Positions 29,625 through 39,993 of a stretch of DNA of 64,000 nucleotides are shown in pieces. The translations under genes and the position numbers were made by a program. The first letter of the stretch is position 1, and every line of letters starts with the position of its first letter. This DNA is from Planctomycetota bacterium (GTDB taxonomy: Bacteria; Planctomycetota; SZUA-567; H5-PLA8). The stretch lies in contig JBBRPR010000012.1 of assembly GCA_038227875.1 (NCBI GenBank), positions 32,001 through 96,000 of the forward strand, read 5' to 3'. A model generated the notes under the pieces. The model saw only the letters and a list, made by a program, of their open reading frames with translations. It was not told the DNA's origin and searched no databases.

Positions 29625-30092
29625 ATGTCGGGCGTAATGATGATGGTTCACGAGCAGTTCGGGCGCATCCTGCTGGCGTTGGCGGTGGTGCTGACGATGG
29701 TGCTCTGGTCGCAGAATGGTTCTCTGGACCTCGCCCCCGTGGCGCAGCAGGACTTGAACCGTCAGGTGCTGGTTGACCTGGATAAGAATGCGCTGCCCAC
29801 AGCCAGCCAGGAAAAGTTCTACGCCAGCGGTACCGGTTCGGATTATGCCGGCGGACAGCGCTACATTTTCGTGGCGGAGAAGAAGCTCATTCCTTTCCAG
29901 CCGGTGGAACTGGACGTGCCGTCGGCCAACGTCACGCAGCCGGCGCAGATTCTGCCTGAACCAGGGCCGACGCTGGAAGGTTCGACCAAGCTGCCGCGTT
30001 TTGGTGACGAATTTCCACCGGTTGCGCTGACACCGAAAGATCCAAAAGACCCCAAGGACCCGAAGTCGGATCCCAAAGACCCCAAAAAGTAA
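29625..30092 (+). CDS. Small membrane-anchored hypothetical protein with (DPK)n tail
   Basis: N-terminal TM, Pro-rich body, position within the operon. Confidence 0.6.
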   Translation: MSGVMMMVHEQFGRILLALAVVLTMVLWSQNGSLDLAPVAQQDLNRQVLVDLDKNALPTASQEKFYASGTGSDYAGGQRYIFVAEKKLIPFQPVELDVPSANVTQPAQILPEPGPTLEGSTKLPRFGDEFPPVALTPKDPKDPKDPKSDPKDPKK

Positions 30093-30161
30093 AACGGTGC
30101 TCGACGGAGACTTCTTGGCATGGCAGCGCAGCACGGCCGGACAAAAGGACGTCTTACTAAG

Positions 30162-32501
30162 ATGAGAACCGCGACCGCACTTCCCTTATTGATTCTACTG
30201 ACCGGTGCGGCGCTGAGCATTTCGTGCCGCGCGGAGTCCGATCCGGACTTCGAACTGCGCCAGTACTCCGAAGTGTATTACAACGACGGTCGCAAGGAAG
30301 TTGGCGTGGTCACCCCGACCGACGACTCGTCCGTATTTAAAATCAAGGCGGTGCGCACGCAGATTTCCCACGACTTCAACATGCGTGACGTGAAGGAAAA
30401 GCGCGACCAGCGCACGGCCGACACAGCGATGGACGACTTCGCCAAGGACTGGAACAAGAGCAAGAATGCCACGCTGCTCCTCAAGCGCATGAAGTACGCG
30501 TGGGAGCATTGGAACATGCAGAAAAAAGTCGTGGCGCTGCTGGAAACGGCCGCGACGTCCAACGACCCCGACGTCCTGGAGTACCTCGCTGAGCTGTACA
30601 TGCAGGGCAATCGCGCCAGGGACGCGCAGCGCATCGGCGACGCCCTGGTAGCCGCCGCGCCGCAGCGGGCTCGCGCGTACATGTGGCGTGGCAAGGCGTT
30701 GCTGGAGCAGGGGAATCTGGCGGCGGCCGAAGGGGATCTCAAGAAAGCGTTTGAGATGGCCCCGACCGACGAGCAGGTGATGCTCGCCCGCAGCAAGTAC
30801 CTGGTCGCGGCAGGTCATCCCGACGAAGCCAACAAGATGTTGACGACGGTGATTTCCAAGAGCCCTCAAAACGCCAGCGCGATGGTGCAGCGCGGCATCG
30901 TGCTGCTCAACCAGGGCGATTTCGAAGCTGCGGAACAGGCGTTTGTCGCCGCGCCGCTCGACAATGACGAAGGACAGATCGGGCTGGCCGCGACGAAGCT
31001 GATGCGCAAGCAGTACGACGACGCCTACCGCATTGCCGAAGGCGTGCTGAGCAAGCATCCCAAATCGGCGGAAGCATACGAGATCGAAGCATTCGCGAAG
31101 CTGCTCAGCGGCGACAAGGAATCGCTCGACAAGTTCGAAGAGAAAATAACCAACGCGTTCAAAGAGCGCGCCGATCAGCCGCGTCTGCTGCTGGCCTATG
31201 CGGTTGGACTGGAACGCGAAGCCAAGTACATCGAGCTTGTGGGCGGCAAGACTGCACCCGACGATGCGAAGGCCAAGCGCGACCAGGCGGCGGCCAAGTA
31301 CAAGGAGCTCTTCGCCAAGGACACTTCCGACGCCTACTTGAAATACTTTGTCGGTGAATGGTTCTTCCGCAAGGGCGACTACGCCGCGGCCGAAGATGCG
31401 TTTAACAAAGTTGCGACGCTGTCTCCGAGCTACGCGCCGGGATTGGCAGCGGCGGGCGCCACAGCGCTGCGGTTGCGCAAGTGGGAGGCGGCTCAGAAAT
31501 TTTACGAAGCGGCCGGCGGACTGGATCCGTCCAGTGGCGAATACCAGGCGGGGCAGGGGTTGGCGCTGCTGGGCCAGAAGGATCTCGGCAAGGCGAAGGA
31601 GAAGCTTGGCCGCGCGTTAACGCTGGAGCCCAAGAACGTCAGTGCGCTCAGCGGACTCGGTTACATCTCCAACAATGCCCGCGACAAGGACTCCGCCGTG
31701 GCGTTTTTCGAACAGGCGCTGGCCGTTGACGGACGCTGCAGTTACGCCGCTGACGCACTGAAGAAAATTTATGCGCAGAGCAACCTCGACCTGGAGTACC
31801 AGACCTTCGACGAAAGTCTTGCGCCGCCGGGCTGGCAGGGCAAGGGGCGCGGCATGATCAAGCCGGTGTTGCAGGACGGCCACATCGTTTTCGCGGGGAC
31901 TCAAGGTTCCAGCCAGGGCGACGTGGTGGATTTCACCAAAGAAGTGCGCACCGATGCGTTCGTGCGGCTGGAAGCGGATATCAATGTGCCGGTCGGCATG
32001 CCGGTGACGGCTGGAGTGCGCATTTCCGGCGTCGGCGGATCGAAATTCTTCCTTGAATGGGCCCGGGTCGACGACGAAATGAAGATTCGCTTCCTGGACA
32101 ACACGGGCGGCACGGTCGATTTTGCATCGACCAGCATCAAGTGGCCGGACGACGGACACGCGCGCCTGGCCATCGAAACCAGCGACATGAAAGCCGGTGG
32201 CAAGTGCAACTGCGATCTGTCGATCAACGGCAAGAAGGTGCGCGGCGTACCGCTGATGCTCAACCGCACCAATTCGGTTTCCGCTGGCGTGTTCGTAATC
32301 GCTTCGCCGAATACCACGATCAGTGCGAGCGCCGACAACATCGCACTGCTCAGCCGCCATTCGTCGTCGACGACAGAAGGCACGGGCGCCGAAGCGATCA
32401 AGATTCTAAATCCAGAGGACAAGAAGCCTGATCCGGCGCCTGCTCCTGCTCCAGCTCCCACACCCGCTCCATCTCCCGCACCGAACAAGGACGGCAAATG
32501 A
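30162..32501 (+). CDS. Exported TPR-repeat protein with C-terminal beta-sandwich (lectin-like) domain
   Basis: Signal peptide MRTATALPLLILLTGAALS, multiple TPRs, beta-rich C-terminal region and PAPAP tail. Confidence 0.75.
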   Translation: MRTATALPLLILLTGAALSISCRAESDPDFELRQYSEVYYNDGRKEVGVVTPTDDSSVFKIKAVRTQISHDFNMRDVKEKRDQRTADTAMDDFAKDWNKSKNATLLLKRMKYAWEHWNMQKKVVALLETAATSNDPDVLEYLAELYMQGNRARDAQRIGDALVAAAPQRARAYMWRGKALLEQGNLAAAEGDLKKAFEMAPTDEQVMLARSKYLVAAGHPDEANKMLTTVISKSPQNASAMVQRGIVLLNQGDFEAAEQAFVAAPLDNDEGQIGLAATKLMRKQYDDAYRIAEGVLSKHPKSAEAYEIEAFAKLLSGDKESLDKFEEKITNAFKERADQPRLLLAYAVGLEREAKYIELVGGKTAPDDAKAKRDQAAAKYKELFAKDTSDAYLKYFVGEWFFRKGDYAAAEDAFNKVATLSPSYAPGLAAAGATALRLRKWEAAQKFYEAAGGLDPSSGEYQAGQGLALLGQKDLGKAKEKLGRALTLEPKNVSALSGLGYISNNARDKDSAVAFFEQALAVDGRCSYAADALKKIYAQSNLDLEYQTFDESLAPPGWQGKGRGMIKPVLQDGHIVFAGTQGSSQGDVVDFTKEVRTDAFVRLEADINVPVGMPVTAGVRISGVGGSKFFLEWARVDDEMKIRFLDNTGGTVDFASTSIKWPDDGHARLAIETSDMKAGGKCNCDLSINGKKVRGVPLMLNRTNSVSAGVFVIASPNTTISASADNIALLSRHSSSTTEGTGAEAIKILNPEDKKPDPAPAPAPAPTPAPSPAPNKDGK

Positions 32502-33013
32502 AGATGCGCACTTCCGGACGGGGCTTCACGCTTATCGAAATGCTGGTGGTCGTGGTGATCATCAGCATTCTCAGCTCGCTGGTGCTGGCGGCTGTCTCGT
32601 CGGCCCGCACGCGTGCGAAGGCGATGCAGACGCAGGGCACGATCACGGGTTTGGAAGCGGCGCTGGATCGCTATGAGTCGGATTTTCAGGACTATCCGCC
32701 GTCCGATGGCGATCAGACCGGGCTTGTTGGCGCAGAGAATCTCTACGATTGCTTGACCACGACGATGAAGACCGGGCCGTATATCACGCGCACTTCAGAC
32801 TTTCCAACCTGCGACCCGGGTAACCGCGACAAGCCCAAGTTCTGCGACGCGTGGAATCACCCGATCCGCTACATCCACCACCATGACTACGGCAACAAGG
32901 CGCCGAACAAGAGCACGTTCCGACTGCTTTCCGATGGTCCCAACAATACCGCCGAGCAGGGGGACGCCAGCTCCGACGACATTGTCAATTGGAACAAGCT
33001 GCGGCCGGAATAG
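32498..33013 (+). CDS. gspG: Major pseudopilin, GspG-like
   Basis: Class III signal RG|FTLIEMLVV; ALDRYESDFQDYPP, DAWNHPIRY, FRLLSDGPN, DDIVNW. Confidence 0.8.
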   Translation: MKMRTSGRGFTLIEMLVVVVIISILSSLVLAAVSSARTRAKAMQTQGTITGLEAALDRYESDFQDYPPSDGDQTGLVGAENLYDCLTTTMKTGPYITRTSDFPTCDPGNRDKPKFCDAWNHPIRYIHHHDYGNKAPNKSTFRLLSDGPNNTAEQGDASSDDIVNWNKLRPE

Positions 33014-33020
33014 AGATGGG

Positions 33021-33054
33021 TTGACCCCAGGCCAGCTGGCCCGGGGGTCTACAA
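33021..33054 (-). repeat. GTAG-type REP-like palindrome inside the pilin operon
   Basis: Minus strand reads ttgtagacccccgggccagctggcctggggtcaa. Confidence 0.55.
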
Positions 33055-33148
33055 CGCCACGGCGTGCACTGCATCGTAGAGGCAGATTGCAAAGTAGCTG
33101 CAGGCGGGACGTCTGCTCCAAACTAACTAAACGATTGCAGGGACTGGC

Positions 33149-34216
33149 ATGAGCGTTCAGATTCGACATCTTCGGCGCTCAATCTCCGCGCGCGGCATGA
33201 CGCTGATCGAACTGCTCGCGGTCATGGCCATTCTCGCGACGATGATGGGACTCAGCGCCGCCGTCTACTGGCGCATGTCGCAGAATATGAAGGAGCAGGG
33301 CGCAGCAGCGGAGATCGATGTCGCGCTCCGCCAGGCGCGCACCAATGCCGTGGCTTCCAACGCGCCGGCGTTCGTGGAATTGGATGCCGAGAATCATCTC
33401 GTCATTCCATGGGTCTACAAAGTGGTCGGGCTGTGGCATTTTGAGAACAAGGACGGATTCGGCCGCACGCCTGGCGCGCATTCGTCGGCGATCCTGCGCA
33501 GTTCGGATCTCAAGGACGACGGTAAGATCGGCAAGTGCGCGTATCTTCCTCCCGGGTCCTGCATCGACCTGGGTGTCAATCCCGATTTTGATTGCGATGA
33601 CGGCGGCTATATTGAAGCCTACGTTCGTCCCTTCGGCATCAACGATGGAGGCACGGGCTACATCTTCTATAAGCAGGATTCCTATTACCTCACGATCAAG
33701 ATGGATGGAACACTGCAGGGCAATGCCGGCGGGAAAAATGTTGATGCTTCCGACTACCACCTCGCGGCCGGTCGTTGGACGAAGGTCGCGCTGGCGTGGG
33801 ATCGCCATTCCACGCGCATTTTTGTCGATGATGCGGCAGAGGCGATCGGACCGGGTTCGGTGCCGCAGGTGAACGATCATCCCTTATTGGTCGGCCATGA
33901 AGACGGCGGATTTGTGGGCCGCGTCGACGAGGTCCGCGTCATGTCGGCGAGCAAAGGTCGCCAGGTGTTTCTGCCGGGCACGTCGACGCTCAAGCACACC
34001 ACGCAGCCCTGGGACGCGGTGTACTTCGCCAACGACGGCACGCTCGACATTCGTCATCATGCCGGTCCGGTGAGCATCACGCTGCTGCAGGGGACGACGG
34101 TGCGCACAGTGACCGTCTCGATGCTGGGGCTGACCTCGCGCGAAGAAGTGCAGAACAAGGAACAGTACACGCAGGACGAACAGGCCAAGAATCCGGATCA
34201 GGCAAAGGGACCCTGA
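33149..34216 (+). CDS. Minor pseudopilin (GspH/FimT-like) with inserted LamG-like domain
   Basis: RG|MTLIELLAV, ARTNAV; LamG-like VGLWHFE, GRWTKVALAWD, RIFVDD, FVGRVDEVRV. Confidence 0.8.
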   Translation: MSVQIRHLRRSISARGMTLIELLAVMAILATMMGLSAAVYWRMSQNMKEQGAAAEIDVALRQARTNAVASNAPAFVELDAENHLVIPWVYKVVGLWHFENKDGFGRTPGAHSSAILRSSDLKDDGKIGKCAYLPPGSCIDLGVNPDFDCDDGGYIEAYVRPFGINDGGTGYIFYKQDSYYLTIKMDGTLQGNAGGKNVDASDYHLAAGRWTKVALAWDRHSTRIFVDDAAEAIGPGSVPQVNDHPLLVGHEDGGFVGRVDEVRVMSASKGRQVFLPGTSTLKHTTQPWDAVYFANDGTLDIRHHAGPVSITLLQGTTVRTVTVSMLGLTSREEVQNKEQYTQDEQAKNPDQAKGP

Positions 34217-34220
34217 CGCG

Positions 34221-37200
34221 ATGAGACACCGACTGGGAGTACGCGCGCGCGGCGTGGCCATTGTCATGGTCATCGCGATTCTCGCCGGGCTGATGGCCCT
34301 GGCGGCGCCGTTTGTATTTTCGATGATCCAGCAGAGCCGCGCGGCGCGTGCGGACATGCACGCGATGCGCGCGCGCGAAGGCGCTCAGGCCGCGGTGGCG
34401 CATGGCATGGCGCAACTGTATACGACGCTGCGATACGATCTGAAAGATGAGAGCCCGGAAGTCACAACGCTGCAGGACATCAAAATCTCGATGGAATTTC
34501 CGTCGGCGAGCCCTGAGTTCAATGCGCTCAACATGGAATTTCAGAACCCCGACGGCCAGCTCTGGTCTGTCCGAGCGGAGGACGAACAGGGCAAGGTCAA
34601 CGTCAATTCCGCGGTGCCGGCGCTGTTGGGCAATCTGATGGGTTCAGCGGTCACCACCGATAAAGCCGCCAAGGGCGACACGGTACTGACGGTCGACGAG
34701 ACGAGCAGTTTTTTTGGCGGCGGCGGGGACCCCTCGCGCGTAAAGGGCACGGTCTGCATCGAAGGCGAAGTACTGCGTTACACGAATGTGAGCGGCAGCA
34801 AGATTCAGCTGATGGATCCGTTGCAGCGAGGGCATTCCAGCGGCGCGCTGGTTTTCGACGGCCGCGCCAACGCGATTGTGAATTTTCCGTATAAGAATGG
34901 CGGCCGTCGCTATTCCTCGACGTACGAAGTGAAAACCGCATGTGCCGGACTGGGTTTGGCCGCGGACGAATTCGCACGCATTGAACGGCTGATCACGGTT
35001 CACTCCGGCCTTGACGGTCCGGAATGGGGTCACTTCCCGCTGCCCACCCCGCAGGGGGCGGGAGCCTCGAATTTCGTCAATAATCCGCAACAACCGAATA
35101 ACCAGAATCAGCGCAAGCCGTCGAACAATCTACAGGCGGACTCGGGCATCGGACCCGGAACGCTGCTACGCGATTCGCAGGGCCAGAACTATGGCCGTCT
35201 CGCGCACGTGACCCGGCGCTTCGATGGCACGCTGGTGCTAGAATACGAAGCGGGTATGCAGATCAATATCGGCACGCAGCAAAGTCAGGTCGGAGGCAAT
35301 GTGGCCTCGCCTTACGTGGAGCCACTTCAGCTTCATCCGATCAACATTAATACCGCGCCGCGAGACGTGCTGATCGCGTGTTTCAAGGGGCTCTGCATCG
35401 AAGGCCACAACAACGCGATCAAGCGCGCCACGGCCGAAGCGCTGGTCGACTTCATGTTCCGACAGAAAAAGTCGTACGCCACGAAGGAAGAGCTGCGCAG
35501 GGTCTTCGAGCAGGCGCACAAGGCCGGCATCCTGACGATCCAGGATCGCGACGCCGCGTTCATCAATGCGACGGAAATGAGCAGCCTGAAATTGCGCACG
35601 TCGACTGTCCCATTCTGCTTCCATTCGTGGGGCACGTACACGCTGGAAGGCAGCGGCGTCGAGAACTCGGACAACGGTGTGCAGTTGGCTCGCAATACCG
35701 TTCGCCAGATCGTCAGCCTGCCGACACCGATGTCCAATCGCTTTAAAATTCAATACCAGTCCGGATTTCAGGATCTGGTCGACCGCGGCATGACCAGCCG
35801 TGTGGTTACGTTTCCAGTACCCATTTTGAAATACCGCACACAGAAGGATGCTCCGGAATTGTTCCTGCCGGATTCCACTTCCGGCAATGTGCGGCTGGAC
35901 GTCGGCGAATCGGGACTCTTCAATCTTCAGGGCGAGCAGTTCGACCACTGCAACAATCCGCAGGAGAACGGTTACCGGCAGGACGGCTACGACTTGCGCC
36001 AGCACGATGGCTGGACACTCGATCCGGCCACGAACCTGGGGCAGACGCCCAATCAGGTTGCGTCGGTTCCGACGTCGCTTGAAATGTGGTATCGGCCTCT
36101 GGGAAGTTCGAACTGCGTGCTCTACGAAGAAGGCCTGGAAGATGAACGCAACCGCGTCACGTTCTCCTACGATCCGCGCCATCAGCCTGTCGGCGGCATG
36201 GTGATCTCGATTTACGACGCGGGCTTGGAATGCAAGGACGCCAACGTCAGCTTCCAGCATTTGAAGCGCAAGCCGGTGGAGTTCATCTACCCGGTAACGC
36301 TGGAAGCCGGGGACTGGTACCACCTTGCCGGTTCGTGGAAGACTAGCCAACCCAATGGACAGGAAGTACGCGTCGACGCGCAGCCCGTCCCGTCGCCTCA
36401 GGATGGCGAGATCGTGAACCGGCCGGGCACGAAACTCGGGTCGGATTTGGGACTCGACGACATCGACACGATGGAACTGGAAGACGCCGACAAGGCCGAC
36501 TTTCCCAACGCCGGAGCGGTAAAAGTCGGCGAAGAAATTATTGAATACCAGACCCGCAGCGGCACGTCGTTGAAGACGCTCAACCGCGGTGCGCGCATGA
36601 GCGCCATTGCCAAGCACTCGCAGGGCGAGCTGGTGATCCCGTACGGTTACTCCAACCATCTGGCGCAAAATCTGCGCGTGGGCGGCGCGACCTTGTCGGA
36701 GGACCTCGACATGGCGCAGAACACGCACACGGTCGTGAACATGCCCTCACCGCCGAACAAATACCGCTTCGTGCTCGACACCGATACCGGCAAGATTCCC
36801 GTCGACGACGCCACGAATTTTCCGCCGTCCGGATATGCGATCTGCGAAGGCGAAGTGTTTTACTATGGCCGCAAGACTGCGACGTCACTCGAACAACTCA
36901 CCCGCGCGTACAAGGGACCCGCGCGCAATCTGCACGACCGCGCGCAAATTACGCTCTGCAGCATCCAGATTTCCAACTCGGCGCAGTACGATCCCAAGGG
37001 CATTGTCCAGATCGACGACGAAACCAACGACAAGAAAGTGGAATGGATCTATCACGACGCCAAAGAAATCAACAACGGCAAGCACTACCTGGTCGGTCTG
37101 CTTTACACCGCCAACAACCTGGGTGGGTATCGCACTACCACCATGGACACTCCCACACCGTCAGGCGGCACGAACTGGGGTATGGCGAACTTCCGCAATC

Positions 37201-38708
37201 AGTTCGGCATCGGCGGCGTCAAGATGGCGCATTCAAAAAAGGCGAAAGTCATTCCCGTGGTGCGGATGAGCGGCCCCCAGTGCGGCAACCAGGCCTCGCC
37301 CTACGGCGATCAGGGCATCAGCGAGCTCTCGATCCTTGAGAAGGGGCGGACCGACGGCGATCTGCGTTACGTCAAGCAGGCGTACATCGCGCAGTACCCG
37401 AACTTCAACGGTCAGCCTTGTCCGCAGACGCAGTTCACGGGCTGGGGTTTTGACTTCTACGTAGGCCTCAACGATTTCGTCTCGCGCGATTTTCCCGCGA
37501 ACACCACGCGCTTCCTGAAATGGCCTTCGGGTGAGCTGCCCGACGCCGTCGGCGCCAAGCGCCACATCTGTGCGGACCGGAACGGCAACACCATGAAGGG
37601 CCATGTCGACGAATGGATCTGCAACATTCACAACACCACCGTCGGTCGCATCGCGATGACCACCGAAGGGCAGGGGATCAAGGCTGCCGACGAAACCATC
37701 GACCTGGAAGACTTCGATGCGTGGCCTCAAAACGGCACGGTCGGTAACCGTCTCAACTGGCCGCAAACGGGTGGGCTGGTGCGCATCGAGAACGAGCTGC
37801 TCTTCTATAAGTCCGCAACGCAGGGCGATATTCAGTTCTACGCTGATGTCTTCCCGCCCCTGAAGGACAAGCCGCCGCAACGCACCAAGTCTGACCGCAC
37901 GATTTCGTACTGCGGCAAGACCGAAACGCATCCGAATATTCAGACTCGCCACGTTGTCCGGCTCAATGGCGTGATTCGCGGCGTCTTCGGGACGAAAGCC
38001 GACAAGCATCCGCTCGGTGCGGCGGCGATGCTCTTCGACGGCATGCCGGTCTCCATGCTGACGAGTTTGATGAAAACGAAAGACGACACGTTCAACATCA
38101 AGAACGGAGCGGGATTTCCCAACGAGGGCTATGCGCTGCTGGGCAACACGCGCAACGGCACGGAAATCGTTTCGTGGCAACAGGGAGGCGGCACCTCGTT
38201 CTCTGGTTGTGCGCCGTTCCGCGGGCGTTTCGGCACAACCGAGCAGGATCACGACGCCGACGAGATTGTGCGCTGCCTGCCGTTCCGGTATTGGGACCGG
38301 GACTCGCTGACATACGACGGCGCAGGATTGGCGTATGTTCAAAGCGGCTACTACGCGACTGAGGCGACGTGGGACGGCATCGAACTTCTCCTGACCGGCA
38401 CAGAAGAACAACCGCGTCCCAACACCGTGCGGCCGCGCATGCTCATCCGTTACGATGGCAAGCCCGCGTGGGATGCGGAGCCCACCAATCAGCCCGGCGG
38501 GCTCTATGAGTACCTCTACCGGGACGGATATCTGCAACTGGGTGGTATCCACGCCAACCAGATCGAAATCCGCGTGTACTGGGACTTTACACACGGGTCT
38601 TTCCAGCCGGGACTGGACTGGAAGCGGACGTTCAGTATCGAGAAGCTGCGGGGCGTGTACCATACTCCACTCATCATGAGGCGAATGGAAGAAGTTGAGC
38701 GGCGCTGA
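34221..38708 (+). CDS. Giant GspK/PilX-like tip pseudopilin (1495 aa) with LamG-like domain and repeated beta modules
   Basis: RG|VAIVMVIAILA with no Glu5; EDEQGKVNVN and PININTAPRDVL are GspK hallmarks; LEAGDWYHLAGSW. Confidence 0.8.
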   Translation: MRHRLGVRARGVAIVMVIAILAGLMALAAPFVFSMIQQSRAARADMHAMRAREGAQAAVAHGMAQLYTTLRYDLKDESPEVTTLQDIKISMEFPSASPEFNALNMEFQNPDGQLWSVRAEDEQGKVNVNSAVPALLGNLMGSAVTTDKAAKGDTVLTVDETSSFFGGGGDPSRVKGTVCIEGEVLRYTNVSGSKIQLMDPLQRGHSSGALVFDGRANAIVNFPYKNGGRRYSSTYEVKTACAGLGLAADEFARIERLITVHSGLDGPEWGHFPLPTPQGAGASNFVNNPQQPNNQNQRKPSNNLQADSGIGPGTLLRDSQGQNYGRLAHVTRRFDGTLVLEYEAGMQINIGTQQSQVGGNVASPYVEPLQLHPININTAPRDVLIACFKGLCIEGHNNAIKRATAEALVDFMFRQKKSYATKEELRRVFEQAHKAGILTIQDRDAAFINATEMSSLKLRTSTVPFCFHSWGTYTLEGSGVENSDNGVQLARNTVRQIVSLPTPMSNRFKIQYQSGFQDLVDRGMTSRVVTFPVPILKYRTQKDAPELFLPDSTSGNVRLDVGESGLFNLQGEQFDHCNNPQENGYRQDGYDLRQHDGWTLDPATNLGQTPNQVASVPTSLEMWYRPLGSSNCVLYEEGLEDERNRVTFSYDPRHQPVGGMVISIYDAGLECKDANVSFQHLKRKPVEFIYPVTLEAGDWYHLAGSWKTSQPNGQEVRVDAQPVPSPQDGEIVNRPGTKLGSDLGLDDIDTMELEDADKADFPNAGAVKVGEEIIEYQTRSGTSLKTLNRGARMSAIAKHSQGELVIPYGYSNHLAQNLRVGGATLSEDLDMAQNTHTVVNMPSPPNKYRFVLDTDTGKIPVDDATNFPPSGYAICEGEVFYYGRKTATSLEQLTRAYKGPARNLHDRAQITLCSIQISNSAQYDPKGIVQIDDETNDKKVEWIYHDAKEINNGKHYLVGLLYTANNLGGYRTTTMDTPTPSGGTNWGMANFRNQFGIGGVKMAHSKKAKVIPVVRMSGPQCGNQASPYGDQGISELSILEKGRTDGDLRYVKQAYIAQYPNFNGQPCPQTQFTGWGFDFYVGLNDFVSRDFPANTTRFLKWPSGELPDAVGAKRHICADRNGNTMKGHVDEWICNIHNTTVGRIAMTTEGQGIKAADETIDLEDFDAWPQNGTVGNRLNWPQTGGLVRIENELLFYKSATQGDIQFYADVFPPLKDKPPQRTKSDRTISYCGKTETHPNIQTRHVVRLNGVIRGVFGTKADKHPLGAAAMLFDGMPVSMLTSLMKTKDDTFNIKNGAGFPNEGYALLGNTRNGTEIVSWQQGGGTSFSGCAPFRGRFGTTEQDHDADEIVRCLPFRYWDRDSLTYDGAGLAYVQSGYYATEATWDGIELLLTGTEEQPRPNTVRPRMLIRYDGKPAWDAEPTNQPGGLYEYLYRDGYLQLGGIHANQIEIRVYWDFTHGSFQPGLDWKRTFSIEKLRGVYHTPLIMRRMEEVERR

Positions 38709-39993
38709 CACAAAAACTTCTGCAACAAGCACGGTGAAAACCCGGCGCGGCATGACGCTCGTCGAGGTCATGATCACGTTGTCGATTTTTATCGTGCTGG
38801 CCGGCATGACCTTGATGGCCGTGCGCGAAGTCATCGCGAGTTGGACGATCGGCGAGCGCCGCCGGGTGCTTTATGAAAAGGCTTCGGCGTCGGTTGACCT
38901 GATGGCCGACGACATCCGGCAGATGATCACACTGGAGGAGCCCAACGCGACCAGTCAGCCGCTGGACGTTCGCGCCAAGATGATCGGCGACATCGACTCA
39001 ACCACCGGATTACAGCGCCTGATGTTCGTGCGCGCATTCGAAGGCGGACCCGAACGCGCACTGACGCTCAACGCCGGTGATGGAAAGGTAAACGAGACGG
39101 CCTTTACTCCCGATAAGAAGGTGGAAGGTGTGAAGGCTGGCCCCGCCGTGGCGACGCCGGACACCGCGGATTTTACCGGCCAGAAGATCGCCGACTTCAA
39201 GGCGCTCGGCGGCATGGCGATGATTGGTTATTTTTTGGCGATTGATCCGCAGACGCACGAACGAACGCTTTACCGTGCCGTCCACGCGCCGGTGGCGGGG
39301 CCGTTGTCGACGATGATGACGCCGGAAACCGCGCAGGTGGTCGCGTCCGACGTGCTTTACCTGGGCTTCGACTATTGGAGTCAAAACACGGATTCGTGGA
39401 AGGATCAGGCGTCCGATTCGAAGGTCAAAGGTCCGGAGAAGATATGGGATTCGACGCGCGGCATCCGTCCGCTCAACCATTTCAGCCTCTACCGCGGCAC
39501 CGATTCGCTCAACGATCCGTCCGACGACGTCTTTCCGCAAATGATCAAGATCATTGTCACGGTTGATTCTCCGATGCCCCGCTGCGTCAACACCAAGTTG
39601 TCCGACGACATTGGCGAACGCGATGGGGAAGTCGGTGTCGAGAGCACCAAGGGTTTTCCAGACGGCGGCGACGACGACTCATATATCCTGATCGACGACG
39701 AGTGGCTGCATTACAGCAAGAAGACCGAATACAGTTTTGTCATCGACAAGCGCGCTCAGCGGGGCACGCACGCGGTTGGACATTCGGCACGGGCGAGCAT
39801 TCGCGTCGGCCGGACATTCCGCCGCATCGTCTACATTCCCAATTGGCGCTCAAACTACATGTCCAATGAAGAGTACTTCGCACGGCGTGCGGAGCAGTTG
39901 AATCAGAGTCAAAATCAGAATCAGAACCAGAACAACGGCGGAAACCGTAAAAATAATAACAATAACAACCGGCGGCGGAGGACCGACGAATGA
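38695..39993 (+). CDS. Minor pseudopilin (GspJ/PilW-like), enlarged
   Basis: RG|MTLVEVMITL, MADDIRQM, LYRAV, FPQMIKIIVTV. True start may be the GTG at 38734. Confidence 0.78.
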   Translation: MSGADTKTSATSTVKTRRGMTLVEVMITLSIFIVLAGMTLMAVREVIASWTIGERRRVLYEKASASVDLMADDIRQMITLEEPNATSQPLDVRAKMIGDIDSTTGLQRLMFVRAFEGGPERALTLNAGDGKVNETAFTPDKKVEGVKAGPAVATPDTADFTGQKIADFKALGGMAMIGYFLAIDPQTHERTLYRAVHAPVAGPLSTMMTPETAQVVASDVLYLGFDYWSQNTDSWKDQASDSKVKGPEKIWDSTRGIRPLNHFSLYRGTDSLNDPSDDVFPQMIKIIVTVDSPMPRCVNTKLSDDIGERDGEVGVESTKGFPDGGDDDSYILIDDEWLHYSKKTEYSFVIDKRAQRGTHAVGHSARASIRVGRTFRRIVYIPNWRSNYMSNEEYFARRAEQLNQSQNQNQNQNNGGNRKNNNNNNRRRRTDE

